A DNA stretch of 36,820 nucleotides, from assembly GCA_047616585.1 (NCBI GenBank), contig JBLHGD010000002.1, positions 1 to 36,820 of the forward strand, given 5' to 3'. Each line of letters opens with the position of its first letter. The first letter of the stretch is position 1. The notes under the pieces are model-generated. The model was not told the DNA's origin. It saw only the letters and a program-made list of their open reading frames with translations, and searched no databases. This document shows positions 16,077-26,751 of this stretch, in pieces. This DNA comes from Candidatus Azotimanducaceae bacterium. GTDB taxonomy: Bacteria > Patescibacteriota > Minisyncoccia > Phycocordibacterales > UBA918. The translations under genes and the position numbers were made by a program.

Positions 16077-19000
16077 CTACGTGTTTTCGTCAGACATGGC
16101 TTTGATCATGTCGTACTTCTTGGACCCCTTGAACCCAGACCCCGCCGGGATCAGACTTCCAATAATTACGTTTTCCATCAATCCTGCGAGATTGTCTTCA
16201 CTTCCTCGCACTGCTGCATTGATCAACACACGTGTTGTGTTCTGGAATGATGCTGCGGAAAGGAAACTCTTTCGTGAGAGAGATGTCTCAGTGATACCCA
16301 TGATGAGCTTGTCAGCCTTTGCTGTTTCACCCCCATCTGCTTTCACTTTATCATTCGCTCCAACGAAGATCCATTCTTCAACAACATCACCCGGTGTGAA
16401 GTGTGTGTCACCTGGCTCAGTTACCTTAACTCGACTCATCATCTGCTTCACAATAAGCTCAATGTGCTTTCGAGAAATAGTCACACCCTGCAACTCATAG
16501 ATCTTGTTAATTTCAGAAATGATGTAGTCCTGTGTGATTTCCTTTCCTCCGTACTTAAATAAGTCTGGAAGATATGCAGAACCATCTGTCATAAGCTGCC
16601 CCTCAGTAACGTCGTCTCCAACAGAAACAGTTGTAACTCGACGGAAACTCACTTCATACTCAAGGCTATCACTCGTCTTCTTAGCATACTTCGCGCCTTT
16701 TTCTGGAGTAACCACAATTACTCTTTCCTTCCCTTCTCGACGAATGTCAGTAACAACACCATTAGTCTTTGAGATCAAAGCTGGTACTTTCGGCAGTCGT
16801 TTCTCAAAGACTTCTTCAACTCGAGGAAGACCTTGCGTAACGTCTCCACCGGCGGCTGATGTACCTCCTAAGTGTTTCGTATTCATCGTAAGCTGCGTTC
16901 CAGGCTCTCCAATAGCTTGGGCTGCAATAGTACCAACAGCCTCTCCAATATCTACAAGGAGGTTTGTTGTCAGGTCGATACCGTAACACTTCCGACATAC
17001 TCCTCGAAGTGTGTCACAAGTCATTGGTGATCGTACAATTACAAACTCACAGGTTGTAGCCTCAACAGCAACAGCGTCTCGACGTGAAAGCATATGTCCT
17101 TTCTTGAAAATAACATTGCCTTTGCTGTCTACAGCGTCTTCCGCTAGTACTCGTCCCTTAATAGCTTTACTAAATGCAATCTCAATACCGGAAGCTGAAA
17201 GACGTCCGATCTGAGTACCTTGTTTTGTCTTACAATTCTCTTCAGTTACAATCGCATCCTGCGCAACAACGAAGAGTCGACGTGTAAGGTACCCTGCTTT
17301 CGCAGTTTGAAGCGCTGTGTCGGCAAGTCCTTTACGTGATCCGTGTGTTGTATTGAAGTACTCAATAGGTGTCATACCCTCTTTCATCGAAGAAAGTACC
17401 GGGAACTCAAGGGTTTCACCTCGCGTGTTCACCATCAGTCCCTTCATACCAACCATCTGAGCAATCTGTCGCATACTTCCTCGAGCTCCAGACTTCCACA
17501 GGTCGTACGCTGAACCATCTTCATCCATGTGAGTTGGAATTACCTCCTCAATCTCTGATTTTGCATTGTGCCAGATCTCAATAATCATTCGTCTTCGTTC
17601 CTCGCGTGCAAGAAGTCCGTCTTCAAAGTGCCCTCGAACAATCGCCTCCGCGTCACGTGCTTTTTTAACAATAGCAGCTTTTTCTTCAGGGACTTTCACT
17701 TCATCAATCCCCCATGTGGTTCCTGACTGTGTTGCGTACTTGAAACCAAATTTCTTGATCTTGTTTACAACGCCCGGAACAATATCAATACCATGGTCAT
17801 CAATCAAATCGATAACAACCGCAAAGAGATCTCGTTGCGACACTACATCGTTCACAAACTTGTGGCTGCTTGGCAAAACTGAGTTGAACAGAAGTCGTCC
17901 AACTGATGTTTCAAACAACTGCCCTTCGAAGTGTGCGTACTTTGGCGTGTCAGTCGCAAGCACTTTGATCTTTGCTCGGAAGTCGATAACTCCAAAATCG
18001 TACGCATTAATAGCATCGTTTGGCGAACTGAAATACTTTCCTTCACCGTGCGCTTTATCTACAATCTTTGTCATCCAGAAAGCTCCCAGTGCCATATCCA
18101 TGAGTGACTCAGACACTACCGGCTCAGCGCTCCCCGGCTTTAGGACGTTCTTGTTTGCTGAGATCATTTCCCTAGCTTCCATCTGAGCTTCATCAGAAAG
18201 TGGTACGTGTACCGCCATCTGGTCACCGTCGAAGTCGGCGTTAAAGGCCTTACACACAAGTGGATGTACCTGAATCGCATTTCCTTCAATCAGTACTGGT
18301 CGGAAAGCCTGGATACCCTGTCGGTGAAGTGTCGGAGCACGGTTGAGGAGGACATGTTTATGCTCAATCACGTTTTCAAGAATTGCCCATACTTCAGGAA
18401 CTCCATCTTCAATGAGGCGTCCCGCTCCACGAATGTTGTATGCAAGCTCTTGCGAGAGCAGTTGCGCAATCACAAATGGTCGAAACAACTCAAGCGCCAT
18501 GTGCTTAGGCAAGCCACACTGGTCAAGCTCCAAGTCAGGACCGATCACAATCACAGAACGTCCTGAGTAATCAACACGCTTTCCAAGCAAGTTCTGTCGG
18601 AAATACCCCTGCTTACTCTTCAGGTAGTCAGAAAGTGACTTCAAAGGTCGACGCTGTGCCTGACTCATTGCTGAGTACGCTGTGTTACCGTGTCGAATAG
18701 AGTTATCAATCAGTGCATCGACAGCTTCTTGAAGGATTCGTTTTTCGTTACGAAGGATCACATCAGGAGCCATAATATCAATCAGTTTCTTCAAACGATT
18801 GTTTCGGTTGATCACACGTCGATAGAGGTCGTTGAGGTCTGATGAGGCATGCCGTCCACCCTCCAAAGCAACCATAGGGCGAAGCGCTGGTGGGATTACA
18901 GGAATGTTCAATAGGAACATCCATTCCGGTCGCACTCCTGCGTGAAGCATTCCTCGGATAAGGGACAGTCGCTTATCAAGCTTTGTTCGCTCTGCCGCAC

Positions 19001-19778
19001 CTGCTGTTTCTCGTTCTTTTTCTAGTCGATCACGCAGTTGTGTGACATCAATGTTTTTAAATAGTTCGTATACGCTCTCAGCTCCAATTTTCGCCTCAAA
19101 AAGGGTCGAGTACTTCATTGAAAATCGGTGGAAGTTTGTCTCATCGAGTACAACACCCGGCTTCACCTTCTCGATTTCCTTCTTTGTCTCATCCATTCGA
19201 CTCTTCAGCTCATCCTTCGCATCATCATTCTGAAGTTCTTTTAGTTTGTTCTTATACTCAGTATCAAGTTCAGACAAAAGTCGTGATCGCTCACTTTCAG
19301 CAACCTTAGTAACAATATATCCAGCAAAGTAGATTACTTTCTCGATGTCAGCTGCAGAGATACCTAGTATGAGTCCAATTCGACTTGGCACTCCTCGAAG
19401 GAACCAAATGTGGGACACTGGCACACACAAATTGATATGTCCCATTCGCTCACGTCGCACGATTGCTCGAGTTACTTCAACGCCACATTTCTCACACGTA
19501 ATACCTTTGTATCGAATACCTCGGTACTTCTTACATGAACATTCAAAGTCCTCAACTGGACCAAAAATACGTTCATCAAACAGACCGTGCTTCTCAGGAC
19601 GCTGTGTTCGGTAGTTAATGGTTTCTGGCTTTGTAATCTCACCGTGTGACCATTCCAGAATCTTTTCTGGTGCAGCAAGCTTAAGGCTCACTCCTGTGAA
19701 CTGCTGTGGAGCATGTTTTGGTCGACTACCTTGGCTACGAGTTGGTCGCATACCTGATGTTTGTTTTTCTGTTTCCAT
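16077..19778 (-). CDS. rpoC: DNA-directed RNA polymerase subunit beta'
   Basis: 1233-aa ORF with a zinc-binding CSCKKYRG...CEKCGVEV segment, the catalytic [12 protein letters not shown] motif, and trigger-loop and bridge-helix regions. Confidence 0.98.
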   Translation of the reverse strand: METEKQTSGMRPTRSQGSRPKHAPQQFTGVSLKLAAPEKILEWSHGEITKPETINYRTQRPEKHGLFDERIFGPVEDFECSCKKYRGIRYKGITCEKCGVEVTRAIVRRERMGHINLCVPVSHIWFLRGVPSRIGLILGISAADIEKVIYFAGYIVTKVAESERSRLLSELDTEYKNKLKELQNDDAKDELKSRMDETKKEIEKVKPGVVLDETNFHRFSMKYSTLFEAKIGAESVYELFKNIDVTQLRDRLEKERETAGAAERTKLDKRLSLIRGMLHAGVRPEWMFLLNIPVIPPALRPMVALEGGRHASSDLNDLYRRVINRNNRLKKLIDIMAPDVILRNEKRILQEAVDALIDNSIRHGNTAYSAMSQAQRRPLKSLSDYLKSKQGYFRQNLLGKRVDYSGRSVIVIGPDLELDQCGLPKHMALELFRPFVIAQLLSQELAYNIRGAGRLIEDGVPEVWAILENVIEHKHVLLNRAPTLHRQGIQAFRPVLIEGNAIQVHPLVCKAFNADFDGDQMAVHVPLSDEAQMEAREMISANKNVLKPGSAEPVVSESLMDMALGAFWMTKIVDKAHGEGKYFSSPNDAINAYDFGVIDFRAKIKVLATDTPKYAHFEGQLFETSVGRLLFNSVLPSSHKFVNDVVSQRDLFAVVIDLIDDHGIDIVPGVVNKIKKFGFKYATQSGTTWGIDEVKVPEEKAAIVKKARDAEAIVRGHFEDGLLAREERRRMIIEIWHNAKSEIEEVIPTHMDEDGSAYDLWKSGARGSMRQIAQMVGMKGLMVNTRGETLEFPVLSSMKEGMTPIEYFNTTHGSRKGLADTALQTAKAGYLTRRLFVVAQDAIVTEENCKTKQGTQIGRLSASGIEIAFSKAIKGRVLAEDAVDSKGNVIFKKGHMLSRRDAVAVEATTCEFVIVRSPMTCDTLRGVCRKCYGIDLTTNLLVDIGEAVGTIAAQAIGEPGTQLTMNTKHLGGTSAAGGDVTQGLPRVEEVFEKRLPKVPALISKTNGVVTDIRREGKERVIVVTPEKGAKYAKKTSDSLEYEVSFRRVTTVSVGDDVTEGQLMTDGSAYLPDLFKYGGKEITQDYIISEINKIYELQGVTISRKHIELIVKQMMSRVKVTEPGDTHFTPGDVVEEWIFVGANDKVKADGGETAKADKLIMGITETSLSRKSFLSAASFQNTTRVLINAAVRGSEDNLAGLMENVIIGSLIPAGSGFKGSKKYDMIKAMSDENT

Positions 19779-19798
19779 AAATATAATTTAGATAACGA

Positions 19799-22700
19799 TT
19801 AAAACTCGCGTTCTTCTCGAGAGAGATTAACATCAAGCGACAGACCACGAAGCTGATTAATAAGTACGTTGAAGGCTGCAGGCGTATGTGGGTGACCAAT
19901 CTTCTCTCCGCGTACAATCGCATCAAATGCAGCAGAACGTCCAACAATATCGTCTGACTTAATAGTGAGCATTTCTCGAAGCGTGTATGCCGCTCCGTAT
20001 CCAAGAAGTGCCCACACTTCCATTTCTCCAAATCGCTGTCCTCCAATCTGTGCCTTACCGCCAAGTGGCTGCTGCGTAATCAGAGAGTATGGCCCAATGG
20101 AACGCATGTGAATCTTATCTTCAACCATGTGATGCAGTTTCAGGATATACATGTATCCAAGTGCAGTTTTCTGTGCGAACGGCTCACCAGTTTGTCCGTC
20201 TCGCAACTGTAGCTTCCCGTCTTCTGGGAGACCTGCGGCAACAAGCTCTGCTTTCACTTCATTTTCAGTTGCGCCACCAAATGGAGGCACGACGGCTTGG
20301 TAGTTCAGCGTATTTGCCGCCATACCAAGGTGGAGCTCAAGAATCTGTCCCAGGTTCATTCGGGACGGCACACCAAGCGGTGTCAATAGAATATCTACTG
20401 GCTTTCCGTCTTCAGTGTATGGCATATCTTCTTCTGGAAGGATTCGTGAAATAACACCCTTGTTACCGTGTCGTCCTGCAAGCTTATCTCCAACTGAGAT
20501 ATTTCGAACCTGCGCAATAGTGATGTGGATTCGCTTAATGACACCACTGTCAAGATTGTCGCCATTCTCGCGTGAGAATACTTTCACACCAATAACACGT
20601 CCTCGCTTTCCTGCTTCAAGTCGGAGTGATGTGTCCTTCACATCTTTTGCCTTTTCACCAAAGATAGATCGCAAGAGTCGTTCTTCTGGAGTCAGTTGTG
20701 TCTCACCCTTTGGTGTCACCTTACCAACAAGAATGTCTCCAGGACGAACCTCAGCACCAATGCGGATGATTCCGTTTTCATCAAGGTTTCGAAGCTTCAT
20801 TTCTGAAACGTTCGGAATATCAGGAGTAGTTACTTCAGGTCCAAGCTTCGTATCACGTACTGAAGAATCAAGCTCATCCATGTGAATAGATGCAAACTTA
20901 CTGTTCTTAACCAGTCGCTCAGAGATAATAATCGCGTCCTCGTAGTTTGCTCCGTTCCAACTCATGAATGCAACCAAGGCGTTTTGCCCCACTGCCATCT
21001 GACCTTTGTCTGTTGATGATGTATCTGCAATCAAGTCTCCTCGCTTGAGTTTATCTCCCACCGTAACTGCAGGTCGGTGATAAAACGCAGAGAAGTCGTT
21101 GGTTCGTTGGAAGACTGTAAATGGGTAGTCTTTTTTCTTTCCGTCTTTTTGTTTCACTACTACGTGCATCGAATCGCACTCGATAACTTCACCAGCTTCC
21201 ATGGCAGTAATAACGCGACCAGTGTCCAAGGCAGCCATCTTTTCAACACCTGTTGCGACTATCGGCGCCTCCGGGATGATACACGGAGTCGCCTGCTTCT
21301 GCATGTTTGAACCCATCAACGTACGGTTCGCATCATCGTGATTCAAAAATGGAATCATTGATGTTGCAACAGAGAATGCCTGATTCGTCGCGATGTCCAT
21401 GTAGTCAATCTCTTTAGGAGATACTACTCGTGGCTCACCACCGCGCCTCGCTTCTACAAAGTCTGTTTTAATCTTTCCTTTATCGTCAACTTCAACAGCC
21501 GCGTGCGCGATGTTAAAGCCTTCTTCTTCGTGCGCATTAAGGTACGTTACTTCACTTGTTACAATACCCTTTTCTACCTTTACGTATGGTGTCTCGATAA
21601 TACCGAATCGGTTTACTCGAGCGTACATCGCAAGACGAAGAATCAAACCAATGTTTGGTCCTTCTGGAGTATGGATAGGACACAGACGTCCATAGTGAGA
21701 GGTGTGTACGTCACGAACCTCAAACCCTGCTCGCTCTCGGGTAAGTCCTCCAGGACCCAAGGCTGACATAGTTCGTAAGCCTTCAAGTTCAGCAAGAACG
21801 TTCTGCTGTTGCATGAACTGTGAAAGCTGGTTGGTTGTGAAGAATTCCTTAATCGCAGCCTGCAATGGTCGCGGGTTTAGGATCTGGATTGGGAGTGACG
21901 TTTCAGCTTCGATAGTAGACATTCGGTCCTGGATGTTTCGCTTCATACGAGTCATACCAACACGAACGCGTTGCTGTACCATTTCACCGAAGTATCGGAT
22001 TCGACGGAACCCAAGGTGGTCAATATCGTCAGGCAACGCGTCTGGAGTATGGTTCTTCACCATGATTGTGGAAAGGATGATTCGAAGGTCCTCAAGCGAG
22101 ACAGTTCGCTCATCAGTTGCCTTCTTGTCAATTGGTCGGCCATTTCGCTCATTGAAGTGATGCCGTCCGATTTCAGAGAGATCATATCGCTCTGGAGAAA
22201 AAATTGACTTCACAAATTCCTTTGCGTTATCAACGGTTGCCAAGTCACCATCACGAAGTCGCTTGTAGATCTCTACAAATGAGTCGTCCGTAACTACAGC
22301 AGTGTCCTTAGCAAGAGTTGCCTTGATGTATTCTTCACCTCGTTCAACATCTTTGAACAATGCAATCATTTCTTTTTCAGTCTCAAGACCAAATACTCGC
22401 AAGAGTGACGTAATTGGGAATTTCTTCTTTCGGTCTATCTTCACGTAGATGGCCCCATCGTGCTCTGACTCGATCTCAACCCATGCACCACGCGCAGGAA
22501 TGATTTTCGCACCAAAGAATGTTTTACCTTTTTGTTCTTGTGAGGTAAAGAAGATACCGTACGATCGTGCGAGCTGTGGGACGATCACTCGTTCAACACC
22601 ATTGATGATGAATGTACCGTGATCAGTCATCACAGGGATGTCCGCAAGAAAGATCTCTTGATCCTTCTCAGACTCAAATGTTTTGTTCTTCAAGATGACA

Positions 22701-23005
22701 GTCGCTCGAAGTGGCGCGTCATATGTAAGCTTGTTCTCCTTCGCAAAGTCTGGAGTGCACTTTGGATTGCCAAGCTCATACTTCTTAAATACCAACTCGA
22801 ACTTCTTATCAGAGTAGTCAGCAATTGGTGAAAACTCTGTAAATACCTCCTTCAAGCCAGTTTCAACAAACCATCGGAATGATTCTCGTTGTGGTTCGAT
22901 CAGGTCTGGAAGCTCCACAAGTGGAGCTTTAAACTTACTGAATGTCTTAGTTGGAAGCGATCCGACTGAAACATCAGAATTTACTGCATCATGTTCTGTC
23001 TCCAT
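19799..23005 (-). CDS. rpoB: DNA-directed RNA polymerase subunit beta
   Basis: 1068-aa ORF with conserved segments RFGEMEVWALLGYGAAY, GRHGNKGVISRILP and LGPGGLTRERAGFEVRDVH. Confidence 0.98.
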   Translation of the reverse strand: METEHDAVNSDVSVGSLPTKTFSKFKAPLVELPDLIEPQRESFRWFVETGLKEVFTEFSPIADYSDKKFELVFKKYELGNPKCTPDFAKENKLTYDAPLRATVILKNKTFESEKDQEIFLADIPVMTDHGTFIINGVERVIVPQLARSYGIFFTSQEQKGKTFFGAKIIPARGAWVEIESEHDGAIYVKIDRKKKFPITSLLRVFGLETEKEMIALFKDVERGEEYIKATLAKDTAVVTDDSFVEIYKRLRDGDLATVDNAKEFVKSIFSPERYDLSEIGRHHFNERNGRPIDKKATDERTVSLEDLRIILSTIMVKNHTPDALPDDIDHLGFRRIRYFGEMVQQRVRVGMTRMKRNIQDRMSTIEAETSLPIQILNPRPLQAAIKEFFTTNQLSQFMQQQNVLAELEGLRTMSALGPGGLTRERAGFEVRDVHTSHYGRLCPIHTPEGPNIGLILRLAMYARVNRFGIIETPYVKVEKGIVTSEVTYLNAHEEEGFNIAHAAVEVDDKGKIKTDFVEARRGGEPRVVSPKEIDYMDIATNQAFSVATSMIPFLNHDDANRTLMGSNMQKQATPCIIPEAPIVATGVEKMAALDTGRVITAMEAGEVIECDSMHVVVKQKDGKKKDYPFTVFQRTNDFSAFYHRPAVTVGDKLKRGDLIADTSSTDKGQMAVGQNALVAFMSWNGANYEDAIIISERLVKNSKFASIHMDELDSSVRDTKLGPEVTTPDIPNVSEMKLRNLDENGIIRIGAEVRPGDILVGKVTPKGETQLTPEERLLRSIFGEKAKDVKDTSLRLEAGKRGRVIGVKVFSRENGDNLDSGVIKRIHITIAQVRNISVGDKLAGRHGNKGVISRILPEEDMPYTEDGKPVDILLTPLGVPSRMNLGQILELHLGMAANTLNYQAVVPPFGGATENEVKAELVAAGLPEDGKLQLRDGQTGEPFAQKTALGYMYILKLHHMVEDKIHMRSIGPYSLITQQPLGGKAQIGGQRFGEMEVWALLGYGAAYTLREMLTIKSDDIVGRSAAFDAIVRGEKIGHPHTPAAFNVLINQLRGLSLDVNLSREEREF

Positions 23006-23243
23006 AACACTTGTATATTAAAATAGTAAATTTGTGTACAAAAACATCTATACGAAAAAAGCACGCGGAAAACCACGTTTCGTTCGAATATTTATTTTTG
23101 CACGGTTGCTAATAGCATCACTGTTGTGATTTTTGAAAATAGTCCTCCAACTATTTAACTTGAAAGGTATCAACTTTCATTCCCACTCACATCCCAATCC
23201 AGCAACCGTGACTCATTCGGATAGAAAAGCGTTTGTGGGCGAG

Positions 23244-23272
23244 ATTATACAGTATTGAGCATATTTTGCAAG
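23244..23272 (-). promoter_or_regulatory. Putative sigma-70 promoter for rpoBC
   Basis: The minus strand reads TTGCAA (23267-23272), 17 nt, TATAAT (23244-23249). This would give a leader of about 230 nt. Confidence 0.4.
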
Positions 23273-23369
23273 GGGTTATTTTGGATAAACCGAAATGTGT
23301 TACCCTCACCCAGCGCTTAAAAAAGAATAACGTAATTAATAGCCCAATTGATTACATCATTCTTTTAGA

Positions 23370-23404
23370 GTTTGTGTACAGACTTCTTTCTACTGTACAC
23401 AAAC
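23370..23404 (-). terminator. Hairpin after the DUF4870-like gene
   Basis: GTTTGTGTACAG / CTGTACACAAAC 12-bp stem with an 11-nt loop, 6 nt from the stop codon. Confidence 0.55.
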
Positions 23405-23410
23405 CTGATA

Positions 23411-23860
23411 CTATTTAAGAAGTGTGAACCCTCCAATAAGTGGCATTCCCTTCATTGTGCCTTTTGAAGCATTAATGATACCTATGATGGCTAGCGCTAA
23501 GAAAGCCAGATTGACCGTTTGCATGACGAACATACCTGCGAACATAAATATTGAAAACAACACACTATGCAGAAGAAACACCGCAATAGCAGCGACCAGA
23601 AGAATCAAGTGTTGATTTGCATGAAATCGTGCATACGGATTGTTTTTACTGCTTTCGTTCATGAGCGGTAGAAAAAATAGAAACGGCAAAATGTATCCCA
23701 AAATGGCATATGTCTTGTACTTGTCTACACTCGCAGCATCTTGTGGTGTACTACCAGCTTCTCCTGAATCCTGCTGCGGTGCTGACTCTTGATTCAAACT
23801 TTCGCTCGCTGTACTCACGTCAGGTACTGCCCCATTAGATGTGTCATTGTTCTCTTCCAT
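23411..23860 (-). CDS. DUF4870-like small membrane protein
   Basis: 149 aa. An acidic/polar N-terminal tail is followed by the pattern YAILGYILPFLFFLPLMNESSKNNPYARFHANQHLILLV and about 3 TM helices. Confidence 0.65.
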   Translation of the reverse strand: MEENNDTSNGAVPDVSTASESLNQESAPQQDSGEAGSTPQDAASVDKYKTYAILGYILPFLFFLPLMNESSKNNPYARFHANQHLILLVAAIAVFLLHSVLFSIFMFAGMFVMQTVNLAFLALAIIGIINASKGTMKGMPLIGGFTLLK

Positions 23861-23905
23861 ATATATGTGTAATTAGAATTATTAGCACTCTCCTCTAATG
23901 GTACC

Positions 23906-24733
23906 TTATTTTGTAGCAACCCTCAGAAGATTCTCAAAAAGTGACGCGACTGTCATTGGGCCAACTCCTCCCGGCACTGGCGAGATGGTGATGTCCATGT
24001 CTTTAACTGAATCAAAATCTACATCTCCCACAAGCTTCCCAGCATCATCAGCACCAATACCTACATCCACTACCACTTGTCCATCGCGCAGGTGTTCTTT
24101 TGTAATAAACTTCTGCTTTCCTATAGCCACGATCAGAATGTCTGCTGTTTTGGTAATCTCAGACAGATTTTGAGTCCTACTGTGACACATCGTGACGGTC
24201 GCATTATTGTTGAGCATTAACAGCGAGACACTCTTCCCTACCAAGCGTGAGCGTCCGAGCACTACAACACGTTTCCCTTCTATTTCTACATCGGACTCTT
24301 GCAGTAGCGTAAGGATTCCACGTGGAGTTGCCGGCACAATACCTTCCTGTTGGGAAAAAAGTCTACTGATATTTGTATCTGTCAGACCGTCAACATCCTT
24401 CGCTGGCAGTATTGCATTAATCACTGCCTGAGCAGAAATATGATCAGGCAACGGTAGCTGCAGAATAATCCCATGCACAGAGGTGTCGTCGTTATATTCT
24501 GAGACAGTTTGTAACAATGATTCTTGTGTGATGTCAGAGCCTAATTCAACGACATGAGCCTTCGCACCGACCCTTTCTGCGTACAAGACCTTTGCTTTCA
24601 CATAGCTCTTTGAATCTGGTCGATCTCCCACACGCACAATCACAAGCGAAGGCACGATACCAAGTTCAGCAATAGCGGCTGTGGTTACATCAGCTCTCAT
24701 CTGTCCAATTTTTGTACCGTTGAGTATCTTCAT
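23906..24733 (-). CDS. folD: Bifunctional methylenetetrahydrofolate dehydrogenase/cyclohydrolase
   Basis: SKSYVKAK, ILQLPLP, DVDGL, PATPRGILTLL, GRSRLVGKSVSLLM, PVPGGVGPMTVA. Confidence 0.95.
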   Translation of the reverse strand: MKILNGTKIGQMRADVTTAAIAELGIVPSLVIVRVGDRPDSKSYVKAKVLYAERVGAKAHVVELGSDITQESLLQTVSEYNDDTSVHGIILQLPLPDHISAQAVINAILPAKDVDGLTDTNISRLFSQQEGIVPATPRGILTLLQESDVEIEGKRVVVLGRSRLVGKSVSLLMLNNNATVTMCHSRTQNLSEITKTADILIVAIGKQKFITKEHLRDGQVVVDVGIGADDAGKLVGDVDFDSVKDMDITISPVPGGVGPMTVASLFENLLRVATK

Positions 24734-24781
24734 AATGTATTGTGAATATAGTACGTGTCTTTCCTAAAAATACCTAGACCG

Positions 24782-25471
24782 CTAATTACCTCTCGTATCT
24801 TTTTCTTTCTGCCACGCTTCAATCAGTTTGTGGTTTCCCTCAAGCAAAACCTTTGGAACAGTGTGTTTTTGCTTTTTCCACTCTAGAACCTCCGGACGAG
24901 TATACAACTCCCCTGATGCAGCACGATCATCTTCAAGAGACTCTGAAGTACCTAACACACCAGGAACCTGGCGAGAGACCGAATCTATGATGGTAAGCGC
25001 CGGCAACTCGCCTCCGGTTAGCACATAGTCTCCTACTGACACTTCTTCAGCTTTGAGAATCTTCTTCACTCGATGATCAATACCTTCATACCTCCCACTG
25101 ATCAAAACCACATGATCATATTGCTTTGCGAGTTTCTTTGCCATAGTCTGGTCAAACACTTTTCCACGTGGCGACATAATAAGCGTCTTTATTTTCTTTG
25201 TGTCGCGTTTCCGTCCAACTGCTTTCTCGTATGCTCGTAAAATCGGCTCTGCAGCCATCACCATCCCTGGCCCTCCTCCATACGGCCTATCATCCACCTT
25301 CTTGTGTTTGTTTTTAGAAAAATCCCGCGGATCATAATACGAAACCGCAATCTTCTTCCCACGAACCTTCGCCCCAACTCCTTTATCAGTCTTCTGCGCA
25401 CGCCCCAAAACCGACGCGTCCGTGTACGCTCTACAAACCTCTGGAAATAATGTGATTACGTGGAAGTGCAT
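24782..25471 (-). CDS. trmD: tRNA (guanine37-N1)-methyltransferase
   Basis: MHFHVITLFPE, DDRPYGGGPGMVM, LISGRYEGIDHRV, GDYVLTGGELPALTIIDSVSR. The start at 25471 lies 1 nt after the upstream NUDIX stop. Confidence 0.93.
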   Translation of the reverse strand: MHFHVITLFPEVCRAYTDASVLGRAQKTDKGVGAKVRGKKIAVSYYDPRDFSKNKHKKVDDRPYGGGPGMVMAAEPILRAYEKAVGRKRDTKKIKTLIMSPRGKVFDQTMAKKLAKQYDHVVLISGRYEGIDHRVKKILKAEEVSVGDYVLTGGELPALTIIDSVSRQVPGVLGTSESLEDDRAASGELYTRPEVLEWKKQKHTVPKVLLEGNHKLIEAWQKEKDTRGN

Positions 25472-25472
25472 A

Positions 25473-25886
25473 CTAAAAGAATTTAACATATGTAGCAATA
25501 CGCTCAGCATCACCCGACATCAATGGTGAAGGTAACGTATCAAGTGTAAACCAACCGATCTCATCATACACTGGTTCAGCAATATGTACGGCTTGCCGAT
25601 CAATTTGAGCAGCAAAAAATATACCTATCCAATGACCATTATCATCAACGAACTCTCGTGTTTCAATCTGCTCCACACAAAAAGGTTCAGTTCCAAATTC
25701 TTCGCGCACTTCCCGGACCAAGGCCACTTCTAAGTTTTCATTTAATTCTACTGCCCCTCCTCCAAACTCCCACTTGCCATAATTGTCACGTGCAGCCATA
25801 CTGCGTTTGCCCATAAGGAAATTACCCTCGCCATCGTGACAAACAGCTGATACGAAAATACCGATAGTATCAATTCCTTTTTTCAT
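25473..25886 (-). CDS. NUDIX hydrolase
   Basis: 137 aa with the Nudix box GGGAVELNENLEVALVREVREEFG. Confidence 0.85.
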   Translation of the reverse strand: MKKGIDTIGIFVSAVCHDGEGNFLMGKRSMAARDNYGKWEFGGGAVELNENLEVALVREVREEFGTEPFCVEQIETREFVDDNGHWIGIFFAAQIDRQAVHIAEPVYDEIGWFTLDTLPSPLMSGDAERIATYVKFF

Positions 25887-26338
25887 AAACGATCTTTGTA
25901 TTCTTCTAATATATACCTCTTAAACAATGGAATTTCCGGTAATACGCTTGAATGTAGTGGAGCTGGTAAATTATCAAACGTAAACCAATTCATCTCATCA
26001 CACATATCAGGTTCAGTTATTGAAATCTGATCCCGGCTAACATGAACGAGAAAGAGAAATCCTATCCAGTGTTTGAGATACTGTTCAACATCAACAATAA
26101 GTTCGTGATGTGTGACGTACGAATACGAGATCGGCGCGACCACGCCCAACTCTTCTTTTAGCTCTCTCAACATTCCCTCTTCAATTGTCTCACCATGCTT
26201 CAAACCTCCTCCAGGAATCTCCCAACAACCATGTTCATCGCGACTATTATTGCTTCGTTTGCAAAAGAGGAAATGACCTTCTCCATCATGACATAAAAAC
26301 ACAACCGCATTACCAACATAATCAACTCCCTTTTTCAT
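25883..26338 (-). CDS. NUDIX hydrolase (paralog)
   Basis: Nudix box GGGLKHGETIEEGMLRELKEELG. The start at MKKGVDYVG (26338) parallels the MKKGIDTIG start of the neighbouring gene. It overlaps the next gene by ATGA. The longer ORF to 26443 would include a terminator. Confidence 0.85.
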   Translation of the reverse strand: MKKGVDYVGNAVVFLCHDGEGHFLFCKRSNNSRDEHGCWEIPGGGLKHGETIEEGMLRELKEELGVVAPISYSYVTHHELIVDVEQYLKHWIGFLFLVHVSRDQISITEPDMCDEMNWFTFDNLPAPLHSSVLPEIPLFKRYILEEYKDRL

Positions 26339-26369
26339 TAGGCAATCGTAGCACAAGAGTGATCCCAGA

Positions 26370-26408
26370 CAAAAGAAAACCGCCGTCCATGGCTTTTTGG
26401 TTTCCATG
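26370..26408 (-). terminator. Rho-independent terminator
   Basis: The minus strand reads ACCGCCTTGCATGG ... CCATGGACGGCGGT followed by TTTTCTTTTG. Confidence 0.65.
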
Positions 26409-26462
26409 CAAGGCGGTGTATACATTTTGCGCCCAGAGTTCAAGTCATCAGGTCCTCAAAGA

Positions 26463-26684
26463 TTATTTTGGCGCGCATTCTTCACGCTCTATCTTACTTT
26501 TGTAGTGTAGCGCAAAATAGTTTTTTGAAGAGTCTCCATTCTTTCCATCTGGATTGAGAATCTCAATATCTGGTTTGCCACACCTTGTGCAAGTACCTTT
26601 CCCGACCAGCGTTGGCAAGGAATCGATAGATTTTTCTGCGCTCACTGAGCTCCCTCCAATTGCGGGCACAAAAGCATGCACCAT
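26463..26684 (-). CDS. Hypothetical small protein with a CxxC motif
   Basis: 73-aa ORF (GTCTRCGKPD) with its own downstream terminator. I recognise no family. Confidence 0.4.
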   Translation of the reverse strand: MVHAFVPAIGGSSVSAEKSIDSLPTLVGKGTCTRCGKPDIEILNPDGKNGDSSKNYFALHYKSKIEREECAPK

Positions 26685-26751
26685 AAATCAGACATACTAT
26701 TTTCGTGCTGAATGTCAATTCAGCTCTCAGAATTTGTGGAGGGTGTGAGAA

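Noticed and set aside
16072-23005. Numerous 60-206-aa ORFs inside and antisense to rpoC and rpoB.
   Set aside because: All lie entirely within two unambiguous, highly conserved long genes. None has a recognisable motif or start signal.
23233-23418. 61-aa + strand ORF in the rpoB upstream region.
   Set aside because: It lies opposite to all neighbouring transcription, overlaps the predicted rpoB promoter and the terminator of the upstream gene, and has no RBS.
26339-26443. N-terminal 35 codons of the long NUDIX ORF.
   Set aside because: The extension contains the terminator at 26370-26408. The MKKG start at 26338 parallels the paralog.
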